This document shows, piece after piece, positions 44,148-55,140 of a stretch of 64,000 bases of DNA. The stretch is from Macrostomum lignano (Eukaryota). Every line of letters starts with the position of its first letter. Within the stretch, counting starts at the first letter, position 1. The position numbers were made by a program, and so were the translations under genes. A model generated the notes under the pieces. That model made no database searches. It was not told the origin of the DNA and saw nothing but the letters and a program-made list of their open reading frames with translations. The stretch covers positions 310,001 through 374,000 of the forward strand of contig NIVC01000930.1 in assembly GCA_002269645.1 (NCBI GenBank). Reading direction: 5' to 3'.

Positions 44148-45357
44148 TAAATCCAAAATATATATATAATAAAATTAAAAACAATAGCTTAGGGCCTAAA
44201 TAAAATACCATCTAGTAAAACTATAAGCTATAAACAGAATATAGATATCTTAAACTTGAAAGTTTCTTTGTATAGCTAAATAACTAAACTTTATATATGG
44301 TTACTTAAATAGCAATAATAATTGCAATCATATAAACCATTCATGTACATCTATCCTTATATTATATTATATACATGCGCAACTGCTAGCCAACCTAGCC
44401 AATCTGGCCACCATAAATTGTGGCAGACCAGGGGTAAGTCGCAAAAATGCCCACCCAAGGGAAACAGACATAGTACTAATTAGATGACGAGGCATTTAGC
44501 CCTTGTATGATAGTCATAGTTACTCCTGCCGTTTACCCACAATTGCGTTAATGTTGCTTTAGTTATTTTCACAGGTAAGTCGCATTTTTGGTTAAAAAGT
44601 AAGTCCCATAGCCAGTGTAAATCAGGGGGTTGCATATGTATGTTATATTATATGCAAAATATGCAATATATTATCAAAAGCTTTTTACATTAAAAAATTG
44701 CCACCTTTTTCCCCAGTAAGCAGTGTCTCAACTAGTGTCCAATCACCTGGCCAACCATTTTGATATTAAAAAATGCTTGAAAAAACATTGAAAACTGGGC
44801 AGAAGCATCAATCTATCCTATCTCTGTCCTCTGCTCTTCCCAATCCCGCCTCATCCAGCCCAACTCTTCATTGTGTGGCACAAGTTGTGTCACTAAAAAA
44901 TCAATCAATACTAAGCTAGAATTTACTGTGCACTTTCAAAAGTGGCAACTTTTTAATGTTGTTTAGTATGTATAATAAGCCAAAAACAAATATTTACTAG
45001 GCTAATAATATTACCAAAAATTTGCATTACAAAAAATTTGTGGATTTTGTAAATAAGTCTCGTATATATTAGTTATAGAAAATATAGACTGTAGTTTAAA
45101 TTAAATGAATCCTTAGGAAAAAAGAAAGAAAACATGCTGTTAATCTGCCAAAATTAGCAACTGTTTGTACCATATGAAGTAACTTTTAAAGCCATGGTTT
45201 AATATTCTTATACTAATGATTCAAATTCATTTTCACACCTTCAGTCCACTTGCTATTAGCCATCAAGAAGCAGTGGTTTTACCTATCCCAATACCCAAGC
45301 AATTGGGCTTGCTTGCGGCAAACTTAAACCCTTGAGAGGCTAAAGCAAAGACTAAAA

Positions 45358-47580
45358 ATGAAGGTCAAGCGACTGGCCAACGCAGCCGGAGTCGCCCTGC
45401 CACTCGACGCCGACTATGCAGAGAGTCTCGAAGGCGGCGGTGCAGCTGCGGCAGATTCAGCTGGCCAAGCCGGCTCCGGCGTTGCCGAGGATGACGACGA
45501 GGGCTTGGATCTGGACGAATTCATTCAGCAGATGATGATGGATGGTGGCGGTGACGGCCAAGCGCTGGTGGCTGACGAGCTGCCCATGCCCGACCAGCAG
45601 CAGCAGCAGCAGCAGCAGCCTCAGTATTACACTGGGCCGGTCATGCAGCCAGCAGCGGCCGGGCTTGGCGTTGCTCAAGCCAACGGATTCGTCGATAATG
45701 GCTTTCGTTACCATGGCAACTATGGCGTCCAACAGCCGTCGCTAGTACAGCCGCAGTTCAATCTGCAGTCTGCAGCTACCGCTAATTCATCTTCCGTCAT
45801 CTTTCCACTGTCTGGTCCGCAGTCGCTGGGTTCAGAGTTTCAGCAGCAGCAGCAGCAGCAGCAGCAAACTGCTCAGGTGTCCCAGCAGCAGCAGCAGCAG
45901 CCGCCTTCGGGAATTCGAGCTGCCATTAATCTGCGTAAGCGACCTCTGCAATCGCAGCAGCAGCAGCAACAGCTTCTGCTAGATTTGCCCGAATCGTCTA
46001 ACGACGCATTCGATACTAAGCCTATTATCCAGAAGCAGCAGCAGAAGCAGCAAAATCAGGAATCCAATTCCAAATCGTCTGTTGGCGGTGATTCGAATTC
46101 AACAGCGATAACAGCTGGGGACGCTGGCGGCGGAGATTTGACTATAGAGGATCCGAGCGAGAGAAAACGATTGAAGAATGCTCAATTAGCTAGGTGAGTT
46201 GACCTGCTCAGATTGTATCAGCGTCACTTTGTTTGTTGGGTCAATTCCAGGGTCAGTGCCAGTGTGTTGGGTCAGTGCCAGAGTCTTTAGGGTCAGTGCC
46301 AGAGTCTGTAGGGTCAGTGCCAGAGTCTGTAGGGTCAGTGCCAGAGTCTGTAGGGTCAGTGCCAGAGTCTGTAGGGTCAGTGCCAGTGTCTGTAGGGTCA
46401 GTGCCAGTGTCTGTAGGGTCAGTGCCAGTGTCTGTAGGGTCAGTGTCTGTGTCTGTAGGGTCAGTGCCAGTGTCTGTAGGGTCAGTGTCTGTGTCTGTAG
46501 GGTCAGTGCCAGTGTCTGTAGGGTCAGTGCCAGTGTCTGTAGGGTCAGTGCCAGTGTCTGTAGGGTCAGTGTCAGTGTCTGTAGGGTCAGTGCCAGAGTC
46601 TGTAGGGTCAGTGTCAGTGTCTGTAGGGTCAGTGCCAGAGTCTGTAGGGTCAGTGCCAGTGTCTGTAGGGTCAGTGCCAGTGTCTGTAGGGTCAGTGCCA
46701 GTGTCTGTAGGGTCAGTGTCTGTGTCTGTAGGGTCAGTGCCAGTGTCTGTAGGGTCAGTGCCAGTGTCTGTAGGGTCAGTGTCTGTGTCTGTAGGGTCAG
46801 TGCCAGTGTCTGTAGGGTCAGTGTCAGTGTCTGTAGGGTCAGTGCCAGAGTCTGTAGGGTCAGTGTCAGTGTCTGTAGGGTCAGTGCCAGAGTCTGTAGG
46901 GTCAGTGCCAGAGTCTGTAGGGTCAGTGCCAGTGTCTGTAGGGTCAGTGCCAGTGTCTGTAGGGTCAGTGTCTGTGTCTGTAGGGTCAGTGCCAGTGTCT
47001 GTAGGGTCAGTGTCTGTGTCTGTAGGGTCAGTGCCAGTGTCTGTTGGGTAAGGGTTAATTTCGATTGAGTCGGGGGTCTGGACCAACACCTATTGTATGC
47101 TATAACGAGGCTTCTAAAAATTGCACTTCAATGTTCAGAGAAAATCGAGAAAAGAAAAAGCAACACGTTCAAGAGCTGGAGAATCGAGTCCGAGACCTCG
47201 AATCGGCATTGTCCGCCTCGCGCGAGCGCGAATCGAGCTTAACAAGCGAATTAAGCTCATCTAAGCGGCATAACAACTATCTGCTGTCGGTGCTGTACAG
47301 GCAGAGCGAGCTGGCCTCGTTCTTGTCCACCGTGCCTGCGCTGGTGTCCCGAGAGCGCCAGCTGCAGCTGCAGCAACCGCAAGCAACTAGAGATACGGAC
47401 AGTCAGACAACTACAGGCGGAATTTGTTTGCACCTGGACAATCAAGAGACTGTATCTGTTTTGTTGTGCGACAAATGCGCCGCTCTGGGTGGCGGCGGCA
47501 GCGTCGGTGACGCGGTGCTAGGCGGATCTGCTTCGCAGCCTTCGTCTTTAACTGGGAATCAGTCGAATCTGTCGCTTTGA
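45358..47580 (+). CDS. CREBZF: CREB/ATF bZIP transcription factor Zhangfei-like (exons 45358-46193, 47139-47580)
   Basis: A phase-2 intron joins ERKRLKNAQLAR|ENREKKKQHVQELENRVRDLE (bZIP). NYLLSVLYRQSELASFL and GGICLHLDNQETVSVLLCDKCA match recalled CREBZF motifs ([37 protein letters not shown]). Confidence 0.85.
46248..47045. repeat. 21-bp minisatellite (GGGTCAGTGCCAGTGTCTGTA)n, CREBZF intron
   Basis: Directly visible. Confidence 0.96.
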
Positions 47581-47902
47581 AGGCAATTTGTGAGCGTAGT
47601 TATGTGTAGCCTGTACGCTGGATGCTTTCGGTTTATGACAGCGTGAATACTGCTTGAGCTTTCTAGGATTGTCATCTGTGCCTAAGGGGTCGTAGTGGCA
47701 TTTACTGAAACACCTGAGAGAATAGTGGCACCCGCTGAAGGAACTGAAGGAATGGTGGTACCCGATGAAGTAACTGAGGTGGTAGTGTCACTCACTGAAG
47801 GACCTGAGGTCGTAGTGTCACTCACTGAAGGACCTGAGGTCGTAGTGTCACTCACTGAGAGGACCTGAGGTCGTAGTGTCACTCCCTGAAGGAATGGCGA
47901 GA

Positions 47903-48456
47903 CCCGCTGAAGGACCTGAGGAGGTGACAGCACCCACTGAAGGGCCTGAGGAGGTGACAGCACCCACTGAAGGGCCTGAGGAGGTGACAGCACCCACTGA
48001 AGGGCCTGAGGAGGTGACAGCACCCACTGAAAAGCCTGAGGAGGTGACAGCACCCACTGAAAAGCCTGAGGAGGTGACAGCACCCACTGAAGGGCCTGAG
48101 GAGGTGACAGCACCCACTGAAGGGCCTGAGGAGGTGACAGCACCCACTGAAGGGCCTGAGGAGGTGACAGCACCCACTGAAGGGCCTGAGGAGGTGACAG
48201 CACCCACTGAAGGGCCTGAGGAGGTGACAGCACCCACTGAAGGGCCTGAGGAGGTGACAGCACCCACTGAAGGGCCTGAGGAGGTGACAGCACCCACTGA
48301 AGGGCCTGAGGAGGTGACAGCACCCACTGAAGGGCCTGAGGAGGTGACAGCACCCACTGAAGGGCCTGAGGAGGTGACAGCACCCACTGAAGGGCCTGAG
48401 GAGGAGAAGACAGCACCCACTGAAGGGCCTGAGGAGGAGAAGACAGAACCCACTGA
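47903..48456 (+). repeat. 30-bp tandem repeat (CACCCACTGAAGGGCCTGAGGAGGTGACAG)n; open as (APTEGPEEVT)n
   Basis: Directly visible, with degenerate related units from ~47690. Coding status is unresolved. Confidence 0.9.
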
Positions 48457-49586
48457 CCTGAATCCTGGGGTGTTCGCTCAGATTTTGTCAAAACAATTCT
48501 AATGTAGATAATTTCTTAAAAAATTGACACATTTGACAACCGTTCGTGTGACTATGGAGTGTATTTTGTGTCAATAAAACTATTTATTTACATTTAGTAA
48601 TCATTATTACCTTTCTGTATTTAATTTTTGCTACGCTAAATTTCCATATCTATTAGTACATTTTTAGCATCGAACTTATAACTCGTATTCAATCGTAGTT
48701 TCTTACGTAGTCAATGCATTCATTGGCTTAGTTTCAAAGTTTATATAAAAATGACTTTACAAAGTTATATCACTACATATCGGTAGGCAGGTAAGTGAAT
48801 TCTGATTAAATCTGCCGCAATGTGTTTTTGTGTAATCGTCCATTCCTTCATCACTTACGAGGTAGCATTTCTTCCTTCTAGAGAGTAAAAATCTATAAAA
48901 TTCACAAATCTATTATAATATTTTATTAGCAAACCCTAACTTGGCTACTCGCAACACACCAGTAGTTTGTTACGGTTATTTGCGTGTTCTGTTTGTAAAG
49001 TTTGTAAAATTTTGACGTGCCATGCATTTCTTCTGAAGCTGTCCGACTTTCTTCGGAGAATTTTAATAAATAATTAATTACAATTTTCTGTCTTTTTAAC
49101 CAATGGATGAAATTTATTGAGAATTAATATTTTTACTGTAATTACTGTTGTCAATTAAACCAAGCGGACTATTATTCAGACGCATTGTAATTTATCACAT
49201 TTTGCCTTACTGACATTTTTGAAATGAAATTATTGCATTAGACAATGTAGAGCAGTTGTGCCCAAAATATACAGCCCCTGGTTTCTTGTTTAAAAAACAT
49301 TTCTGTTACAGTCTTAAAGTAAACTTTATTAAATTTTAGATTATTTAATGATAATAATATTGTCATTGAGCTCATGTGTTACGGAGAACCAACATCTGAG
49401 CAGTTTGCTTTCTACATCTGCATATTTATTACGCAACAAAAATGTTGTAGAATGTTCATGATTACTTAAAAATAAAAAAACTTAAAACACAGATTTTGTG
49501 TACACGTTTCTATTTATCATTTTGGCGTGTTTTTTTATTTGTTCTTTGCTAAAATAAGCCGGAATACAAGTTTTAGAGTCTTCATC

Positions 49587-50360
49587 TTCCAGCATCCAAT
49601 GATACGAGTTCCTGCAGTTCCATGGGGAATATCATTGATGAGGCCGCTTCCAGCATCCCGTGTGTGTCTGTAGTTCTATGAGGATATCATTGATGAGGCC
49701 GCTTCCAGCATCCCGTGTGTGTCTGTAGTTCTATGAGGATATCATTGATGAGGCCGCTTCCAGCATCCCATATGTCTGTAGTTCCATGGGGATATCATTG
49801 ATGAGGCCGCTTCCAGCATCCCATATGTCTGTAGTTCCATGGGGATATCATTGATGAGGCCACTTCCAGCATCCCATGATACCTGCAGTTCCATGGGGAT
49901 ATTGATGAGGCCGCTTCCAGCATCCCGTGTATGTCTGTAGTTCCATGGGGATATCTTTGATGAGGTTGCTTCCAGTATCCCATGATACCTGCAGTTCCAT
50001 GGGGATATTGATGAGGCCGCTTCCAGCATCCCGTGTATGTCTGTAGTTCCATGGGGATATCTTTGATGAGGTTGCTTCCAGTATCCCATGATACCTGCAG
50101 TTCCATGGGGGATATTAGTGATGAGGCTGCTTCCAGCATCCCATGATACCTGCAGTTCTATGAGGATATCATTGATGAGGCCGCTTCCAGTATCCCGTGT
50201 ATGTCTGCAGTTCCATGGGGATATCATTTATGAGGCTGCTTCCAGCATCCCATGGCCATGATACCTGCAGTTCCATGGGATATCATTGATGAGGCCGCTT
50301 CCAGCATCCCGTGTATGTCTGTAGTTCCATGGGGATATCTTTGATGAGGCTACTTCCAGC
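49587..50360. repeat. ~53-bp minisatellite (GATGAGGCCGCTTCCAGCATCCC...GTAGTTCCATGGGGATATCATT)
   Basis: Directly visible, with several variant unit types. Confidence 0.92.
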
Positions 50361-50450
50361 GTCAATTTCTGTTAGGGATTAGGTAAGAATGTTGGCTGAT
50401 ACAATATCCTGTATCAAACTGAATCACTTCATGTTGATCGCAGCAACAAC

Positions 50451-50698
50451 ATGGGATTCGGTCTATTCAGCCTGCTCGAGGCTGGCCTCCTACTGCTCAA
50501 CGCAATCTGCGTGCTTCATCGCGAACGATTCCTAGCCAGATTCGGCTGGAGCTCTCTGAGCAGAGAGACTTCGGCGAGCCCGGCGTGACTGCCAAAGGTC
50601 AGTTGGTGAATCTGGTGAACAGTGTGCAGTTTGTGATGCGCGGGCCGCTCATTGTTGTGAACTCTTTGGTTATTGTTTATAAACTTGTGCTAGGCTGA
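50451..50698 (+). pseudogene. IER3IP1: Intronless IER3IP1/Yos1 homolog with a 1-bp deletion frameshift (retrocopy pseudogene or sequencing error)
   Basis: MGFGLFSLLEAGLLLLNAICVLHRERFLARFGWSS, then (after restoring 1 bp at ~50552-50557) SEQRDFGEPGVTAKGQLVNLVNSVQFVMRGPLIVVNSLVIVYKLVLG*. This matches the IER3IP1 pattern (NAIAVLHEERFL..GW; KSQLMNLIRSVRTVMRVPLIIVNS). The repaired length is 82 aa. The ORF is absent from the supplied track. Confidence 0.88.
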
Positions 50699-50829
50699 TG
50701 GCGACCAAGGGGAACATAAAATTTCCCCTGGCTTAGGGCGTCATGCAGTTTTACCTTATCGGTGATTTCTGATTATGCAAGAAGTTCCTGTTTTGAAACA
50801 TTTTATCCACAGCGCATGGATAAAAACAT

Positions 50830-51610
50830 CCCCAATCCCAATTATCCCAATATTAGAAATCCCAGATCCCAAATTATCCCAATATTGAAACTGCCAGATC
50901 CCAATTATCCCTATATTGGAAATCCTAGATCCCAATAATCCCTTTATTAAAAATCTCAGATTCAAAATTATCCCTATATTGGAAATCCCAGATCTCAATT
51001 ATCCCAATATTGAAAATTCCAGATTCAAAATTATCCCTATATTGGAAATCCCAGATCTCAATTATCCCAATATTGAAAATTCCAGATTCAAAATTATCCC
51101 TATATTGGAAATCCCAGATCTCGATTATCCCAATATTGAAAATCCCAGATCCAAAATTATCCCTATATTGGAAATCCCAGATCTCAATTATCCCAATATT
51201 GAAAATCCCAGATCCAAAATTATCCCTATATTGGAAATCCCAGATCTCAATTATCCCAATATTGAAAATTCCAGATTCAAAATTATCCCTATATTGGAAA
51301 TCCCAGATCTCGATTATCCCAATATTGAAAATCCCAGATCCAAAATTATCCCTATATTGGAAATCCCAGATCCCAATTATCCCAATATTGGAAATCCCAG
51401 ATCTCAATTATCCCAATATTGGAAATCCCAGATCCAAAATTATCCCTATATTGGAAATCCCAGATCCCAATTATCCCAATATTGGAAATCCCAGATCCAA
51501 AATTATCCCTATATTGGAAATCCCAGATCCCAATTATCCCAATATTGGAAATCCTAGATCCAAAATTATCCCTATATTGGAAATCCCAGATCCAAATTAT
51601 CCCAATATTA
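50830..51610. repeat. 31/32-bp minisatellite forming a 63-bp higher-order dimer (ATTATCCCTATATTGGAAATCCCAGATCTCA + ATTATCCCAATATTGAAAATTCCAGATTCAAA)
   Basis: Directly visible; the 21-aa periodicity of the spurious ORFs confirms the 63-bp period. Confidence 0.93.
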
Positions 51611-52512
51611 AGAATGCCAGACCTCTTGATGATGGGTTTTCAGTTACTCTATTCAACCGTTTTCACCATATAGTTAATCCTCCATTGCCAGTGGGGCAAA
51701 TTAGCGGTCTGTGTTTCATCTTCCTCATCATAGTGCACGATTATAGTGAACATGGATTGCTATCCCGCTATAATTATTTGCTTATCTGTATTTAATGTGC
51801 GCGTGATTGTTCAAATGATGCAAAAAATTTACCAAGTAAAATATATCTGCTCGAAAATAAATATTTGCTTAATTAAAATATTATTTTCGGGTTGATTTCT
51901 TTCATTTTAGTAAACTGTGTATCAATAGGTAGCTTTGAGTAGCACACAGGGTTCATACGATGACTTTATCGGTTATAGATACCCAATGCAAAGCAGTTAT
52001 CAACAATGAAAGTACATAGAGTACTTTTATAGGACACCTTGGCGCAACGCCTTGGGCAACAACGTCACACTGCAACCCAACGCTGAGGCCAAGGGTCGTG
52101 GGGGGGGGGCGAGAGTCCGGCCTGTGTTTACCACATGAGTACTTTGTACTTTCTCAACTTTGGTTCTAGAAAATTTGAGCATTGCCTCCTGTCACAAACA
52201 GACTGCTCAATAGCAGCTACTCTAACTTGTGCTCCCCCCTCAGTTTGGCCAGAAAAAGTACACACCGCTCCTGATAAGATGGAGTGCAAACACTGGCGTA
52301 CTCGCTGTTCCTTCATCAAGGCAATTTTAATGAAATTTAAACTGTAAAAATGGCTTATCGATATTGCAGCATATTGAGCTTCGCCTTTCAAACATACTCA
52401 TCGTCTTGTAGTTTAACAACCCTAACCGCAATACATTCGCTCTACGACAAGGCCTGCGTGCATTGAAAAAGTAACAGACTAAAGACCCAGAATCTTGGCC
52501 TCATCATTCGCC

Positions 52513-55140
52513 ATGAGCGGCGCTGCTAGCACAAGCGGCAACTGCATGCAGTCTCCGCAGCAGCTGCAGAAGCAGCAGCAGCAACAACAACAACAGCAGC
52601 AACAGCAAAAGCTGTCTGGCAGCAGCGGCGAAGACATGGACGGCTTGGCCGCAGCCTATGAGCGTCTGGCTGTGCGGTTCAACCAGCTGGAGGCCGCATA
52701 CAACCAGCTGCGTCCTGCGGCCGCCGCCGCATCCTCTTCATCTACGGCACCTCTGCCAGCCTGTTTCCGATCAACGGCGATTGACAGCTCGACTGGCGCT
52801 AGCGCTTGCAGCGATCACGAATCGTCAAATAATTTGGCTTCGTCAGCTGGTGCGCAGGCAGCAGCTGCCGCCGTCGCCGCTGCGTCGTCGTCTGCGTCGG
52901 CGCTTCCCGCCTCGCCGACATCTCCCGGAGCGTCGACTGTGGCTAAACCAAATCTGCAGCAGCAGCACGGGGGTATGCCGTTGCTTAGTAATAAGCCGGT
53001 TAGTCTGCTCCTAGAAGAGATTGAACGGCTTAGGGAAAGGGCTGAACGAGCAGAGAGTCTGGCGGCGGCCTGGGAACGGCAGGCTGGTCACACTATTGAA
53101 CAGCTGGAGCTGCTGGGCAGTCAGCTGGAGGAGTTGCACACGGCTGCACTTGGCGCCGGATCAGAAGGTGGCAGGGCCTGTCGGATGCTGGAAGCTGGGC
53201 TGGCCGGTCTGCGCAGGCTGGTTAGCGGTCAGAGGGCCCTGCTGGACAAGCTAGTGCTGCGCGAGTCTGCCCGATTTCAGCAGCAGCAGCAGCAACAGAT
53301 GATGCAACAGCAGAGACGACGGAGGCGCGTACCCGATTCGCCAGCGGGGTTAGTTTTTTAGCGTTTTTTAAGAACAGTGGTTGGTGTCTGGCCTGTCTTA
53401 TATTTTTTGGTTTTAAAGTGGTATTTAATGAGATATTTTTTGGTTTTAAAGTGGTGCACGTGCACGTTTTAATGTTTTATTATTTCGTTATGGGTTGGCA
53501 TCGAGGTATTTTTATTGGTTGATTTGGTGTATTTTAGGGTTGGAACTGGCGTGTTTTTATTAGGGGGTGAGATTAGTGTGATTATTAGAGGGTGACGTTG
53601 GTGTGTTTTATTAAGGAGTGGGGTTGGCGTGTTTTATGAGGGGTGGGGCTGGTGTGTTTTATTAAGGGGTGAGGTTGGTGTGTTTTATTAAGGGGTGACG
53701 TTGGTGTGTTTTATTAAGGGGTGAAGTTGGTGTGTTTTTTAGGGGGGTGAGGTTGGTGTGCTTTATGAGGGGTGAGGCTGGTGTGTTTTATGAGGGGTGA
53801 GGTTGGTGTGTTTTATTAGGGGTGAGGTTGGTGTGTTTTATTAGGGGTGAGGTTGGTGTGTTTTATTAGGGGTGAGGTTGGTGTGTTTTATTAGGGGTGA
53901 GGTTGGTGTGTTTTATTAAGGGGTGAGGTTGGTGAGTCTTATGAGGGGTGGGTATGTAGAGTTGTTTTTAGACAATTGTGATTGGCTTATTATCCTCACC
54001 GTGTCCTTGTGAGGACTCAATAGATGTGATTATCGTCCTTCCTCGGCTGCAGCTGTGCATACAAATTCTAAGTAAGCAACTGTACCAAAATCTACTCAGG
54101 GAAGCAGAGGCCGACATGGACGGCGGCGACAGTCCTGCCGATCTGGGCCGTCCGCCGCAGCAGCAACCGCAACAACAGCTCAAGAAGCTGCGCCGTCGAA
54201 AGCGGCATCATCATCAGCAGCAGCAGCATCGCTACGCCGATGAAGACAACAACGAGGCCGATCTCGATGACGAGTTGGACAATGAGGACGACCATCTGGA
54301 TGGCGAGGACGACGACGAGGTCATCGAGTACATTCAGCCGGATGGGGCGGCAGCGGCATCCGCGTCCGCCGATGGCGGCTCATCGCACTACGATAATTAT
54401 GGAGGCGGCGGCAGTGGCGACGGTGGCAACAGCGACAACTGGAGCCGTTGGATGCTGGCTCCGTCTTCGAGCCTGCTGCCGCGGACGGATTCTCTGGATC
54501 ATCTGCGCGACGACGATGACGATTACCGGGGATTCGGCGAGGCCGGGGCCGCGGCGAACTTTAACAGCTACGAGGTTCAGGTGAGATGAAGTGCTTAGCT
54601 CTACCGTCTGCAGCTAAAGTGTCTGTCACTGCAGTGCCTAAATATCCTTAGTGTCTGCCACTGCAGTGCCTAAATATCCGTAGTGTCCTTCACTGCAGTG
54701 CCTAAATATCCGTAGTTTCTGTCACTGCAGTGCCTAAATATCCGTAATGTCTGTCACTGCAGTGCCTAAATATCTGTAGTGTCTGTCACTGAAGTGCAGC
54801 GACCATCGCTAACCGCTCGCAGGGCCTGGAGACGCGCCACTACAACTCAGTTGACGACATGCGCGCCTGGCTCGCTGCTGGCGCTTCAGGAGGCGGCGGC
54901 AGCGGCGGCGGTTTCCAAGGCTTTGCCGACGATGTTACGCTTGATGAAGAAGTCAGCCGCTGTCTTCGTCAACAACAGCATCAGCAGCAGCAGCATCATC
55001 TAATGATGGAGACAGACTCAGCTTCCGGCTGCGGCTCTGGCGAACGTATGCGCTGCCCTGTGTGCGGTCTGAGCATGCCGCCGAATGGTGACTTGTCAGC
55101 ATTTAATTTGCACGTGAACAGCCACTTTGCGGACGATTAA
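52513..55140 (+). CDS. Coiled-coil protein with a C-terminal UBZ-type C2H2 zinc finger (TAX1BP1/CALCOCO- or TANK/TBKBP1-like adaptor), ~544 aa (exons 52513-53348, 54100-54580, 54823-55140)
   Basis: Two heptad regions, an acidic middle, and terminal CPVCGLSMPPNGDLSAFNLHVNSHFADD* (CxxC-x15-HxxxH, like the TAX1BP1/NDP52 and TBKBP1 C-termini). Phases 2 and 0 join in frame (1635 nt). The start codon is uncertain. Confidence 0.78.
53570..53950. repeat. ~23-24-bp G/T-rich minisatellite (GGGGTGAGGTTGGTGTGTTTTATTA), intron 1 of the UBZ gene
   Basis: Directly visible. Confidence 0.9.
54620..54790. repeat. 30-bp minisatellite (GTCTGTCACTGCAGTGCCTAAATATCCGTA), intron 2 of the UBZ gene
   Basis: Directly visible, about 5-6 copies. 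Confidence 0.9.

Noticed and set aside
46199-47089. 272-289 aa ORFs (VGSVPVS / TDPTDTG)
   Set aside because: Translations of the 21-bp intronic minisatellite between the two CREBZF exons.
49742-51795. Repeat-peptide ORFs (MLEAASS..., IIPILEIPD...)
   Set aside because: Translations of the 53-bp and 63-bp minisatellites.
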